Shown one piece after another: positions 62,638 to 64,000 of a stretch of DNA of 64,000 bases (position 1 is its first letter; the number at the start of each line of letters is the position of its first letter). Location of the stretch: sequence record OR620964.1. One strand, 5' to 3'. The notes beneath the pieces are model-generated. The model had not been told where the DNA came from, ran no database searches, and saw only the letters and a program-made list of their open reading frames with translations. Position numbers and translations under genes: made by a program.

Positions 62638-62661
62638 GGGTGGCCTAATGGCTGCCCTTTT
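62638..62661 (+). terminator. Rho-independent terminator
   Basis: GGGTGGCC-TAAT-GGCTGCCC-TTTT. Confidence 0.85.
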
Positions 62662-62816
62662 CTGATCTTGTGGTGGAATTGCTACGGATGCCAGACCTAA
62701 ACAAAATAGCGGCTAAAATAGATTGTCGAAATGCCTTGCATTATATCACTAGGTATGATATTCGCGCATACGTGCGTTTCTTTTCACACAACATATAAAA
62801 ATAAATGAGAAAAACG

Positions 62817-62844
62817 TTGCATTGTATTTGATATCTGTTAAGCT
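62817..62844 (+). promoter_or_regulatory. Host sigma70-type (early) promoter
   Basis: -35 TTGCAT, 16-nt spacer with TG extension, -10 TAAGCT, A-rich UP-like element upstream. Confidence 0.5.
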
Positions 62845-62921
62845 GATTGTGTTGTCTAGCAACGCAGACAACAACGCTCTTTAAAAACTTAAATTCTAAA
62901 CTCAATATAAGAGAGATCAAT

Positions 62922-63179
62922 ATGTCTAAATTTAATTCTGTAGCTGTAGAACTTGATATCGTCGCTGACAATGCAAAAACTGTGCCTAATGATATTGTAG
63001 AATATTGTGAAGCAAACAACATCGGCTTTTTCGTAGCAACGCGCCCTGATGTTGATAATCTGCCTGTGCTTTTCACAGCGGCAAAAGCAGAAGATCTGAA
63101 AGAAATGATCAACGCAGTTTACGAGACGCAAGATAAAGAACAGCAAGAATTCTATGCTAGTATGATCGCTGAAATCTAA
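62922..63179 (+). CDS. Small acidic protein, 85 aa
   Basis: Start refined to ATG 62922 (AGAGAG RBS); own terminator. Confidence 0.8.
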   Translation: MSKFNSVAVELDIVADNAKTVPNDIVEYCEANNIGFFVATRPDVDNLPVLFTAAKAEDLKEMINAVYETQDKEQQEFYASMIAEI

Positions 63180-63189
63180 ATCACTCCAA

Positions 63190-63216
63190 GGGCCGCTCGC
63201 AAGAGTTGGCCCTTTT
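63190..63216 (+). terminator. Rho-independent terminator
   Basis: GGGCCGCTC-GCAA-GAGTTGGCCC-TTTT. Confidence 0.8.
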
Positions 63217-63342
63217 CATTTGTGCTGTGGCATGTATCTCAGCAAATACGTGGTCAAAATAGCCGTGTGATCGTTAGTAGATATATGTTAATATGAAGAG
63301 GCAGCACTATCGCTGTTTTGACTACAACATTGAGAGTTCAAA

Positions 63343-63654
63343 ATGACTGCATCTACGCAAGAATCACAAGCACGCTTGAAAGCTGAATTAGAGGCATACG
63401 CAGCCCGTATCAATCCACTATTGCCCGATGATCGCCGTATCGTTGTGTATGACGATATAGAAAACGAATCAGCGTACATGATGATCATCGAGTTAAAGGA
63501 TGGCGAGTGTTCTGGTGAAATAGGTTATTTTATTTCGAATCTCCGTACAGGCACTTTTTGTTCGTATGCAGGCGCAGGCGATTATCCTAATATCGCACTG
63601 TTTGGCGAAACTGATGAAGAAGTTGCTTCCAAGATCGCAACGTTGGAGTTTTGA
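63343..63654 (+). CDS. Small acidic protein, 103 aa
   Basis: GAGAG RBS. Confidence 0.75.
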   Translation: MTASTQESQARLKAELEAYAARINPLLPDDRRIVVYDDIENESAYMMIIELKDGECSGEIGYFISNLRTGTFCSYAGAGDYPNIALFGETDEEVASKIATLEF

Positions 63655-63661
63655 GGACCAT

Positions 63662-63922
63662 ATGACAATTTTAAAACTTTCTACAGAAGATCGCCAAACA
63701 CTTAAATCTCTTTCTTCTGGCATGGTATCAGTCACTGAGGCTGTTATCAGTTTGGCAGAACGTGGCATTCATATTCGTGCTATCACAACGATGAACCTTC
63801 ACAATGAACCTATTGAAGTCTTATCGAAGAATGGTAAAATGTTTTATGACCTGACGTATGATGCAGGTGCTGTTGATGAGAGCAACTGGCCGATCTTAGA
63901 ATCAATCATCGTACAACTGTAA
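63662..63922 (+). CDS. Hypothetical protein, 86 aa
   Basis: Start refined to ATG 63662 (GAGG RBS). Confidence 0.75.
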   Translation: MTILKLSTEDRQTLKSLSSGMVSVTEAVISLAERGIHIRAITTMNLHNEPIEVLSKNGKMFYDLTYDAGAVDESNWPILESIIVQL

Positions 63923-63938
63923 ATCAAAACTAACCAAC

Positions 63939-63961
63939 AGCCCTGCATGTGTGGGGTTTTT
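63939..63961 (+). terminator. Rho-independent terminator
   Basis: AGCCCTGC-ATGT-GTGGGGTT-TTT. Confidence 0.6.
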
Positions 63962-63978
63962 CTGATCTGGAGAATGCT

Positions 63979-64000
63979 ATGATCTATGAACGTGAAGATC
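63979..64000 (+). CDS. 5' fragment of a gene running off the window
   Basis: GGAG RBS then ATG ATC TAT GAA CGT GAA GAT. Confidence 0.5.

Noticed and set aside
1-64000. tRNA, rRNA, group I/II introns, integrase or transposase, phage-nucleus shell or tubulin genes
   Set aside because: No supporting motifs or cloverleaf structures seen by eye; tRNAscan-SE, Infernal and HMM searches would be needed to exclude them formally

Overview
This is a 64-kb segment of a lytic jumbo-phage genome, probably an enterobacterial myovirus. The gene set (DnaX-type clamp loader, sigma70-like factor, RecA, SbcCD, GH108 endolysin, Lys-rich proteins) resembles the Erwinia Y3/Alexandra and Dickeya JA11/AD1 group; that assignment is inference, not a search result. 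Genes are densely packed, on the minus strand to about 41.4 kb and mostly on the plus strand after it. Recognisable products: a 2458-aa SNF2-family ATPase with an intein in Walker A, an HNH nuclease, a histone-H1-like protein, SbcD and SbcC, YspA/SLOG, a Tlde1 (DUF2778) L,D-peptidase, GNAT, GH108 endolysin, DnaX, a HAD nucleotidase, a PolA-superfamily (TV-Pol-like) protein, RuvC, a six-Ig-domain protein, primase, a Cas4-like nuclease, SWIM, an Acb1-like 2H phosphoesterase, a sigma factor, a gp32-like SSB, and RecA with two inteins 14 aa apart. Main leads: (1) an N-terminal M-x-I-x-[IVL]-S-[LM]-[SNC] tag on 7 unrelated proteins plus one internal start, a candidate capsid-targeting or processing signal; (2) a possible chromatin-like system of H1-like protein, SNF2 ATPase and GNAT; (3) an oriented CTGTAAATA promoter motif matching a sigma factor that lacks region 4; (4) the TV-Pol-like gene beside a curved-DNA region; (5) a structured non-coding region near 32.1 kb. 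I saw no tRNA, rRNA or CRISPR array. All family calls are motif recognition by eye.
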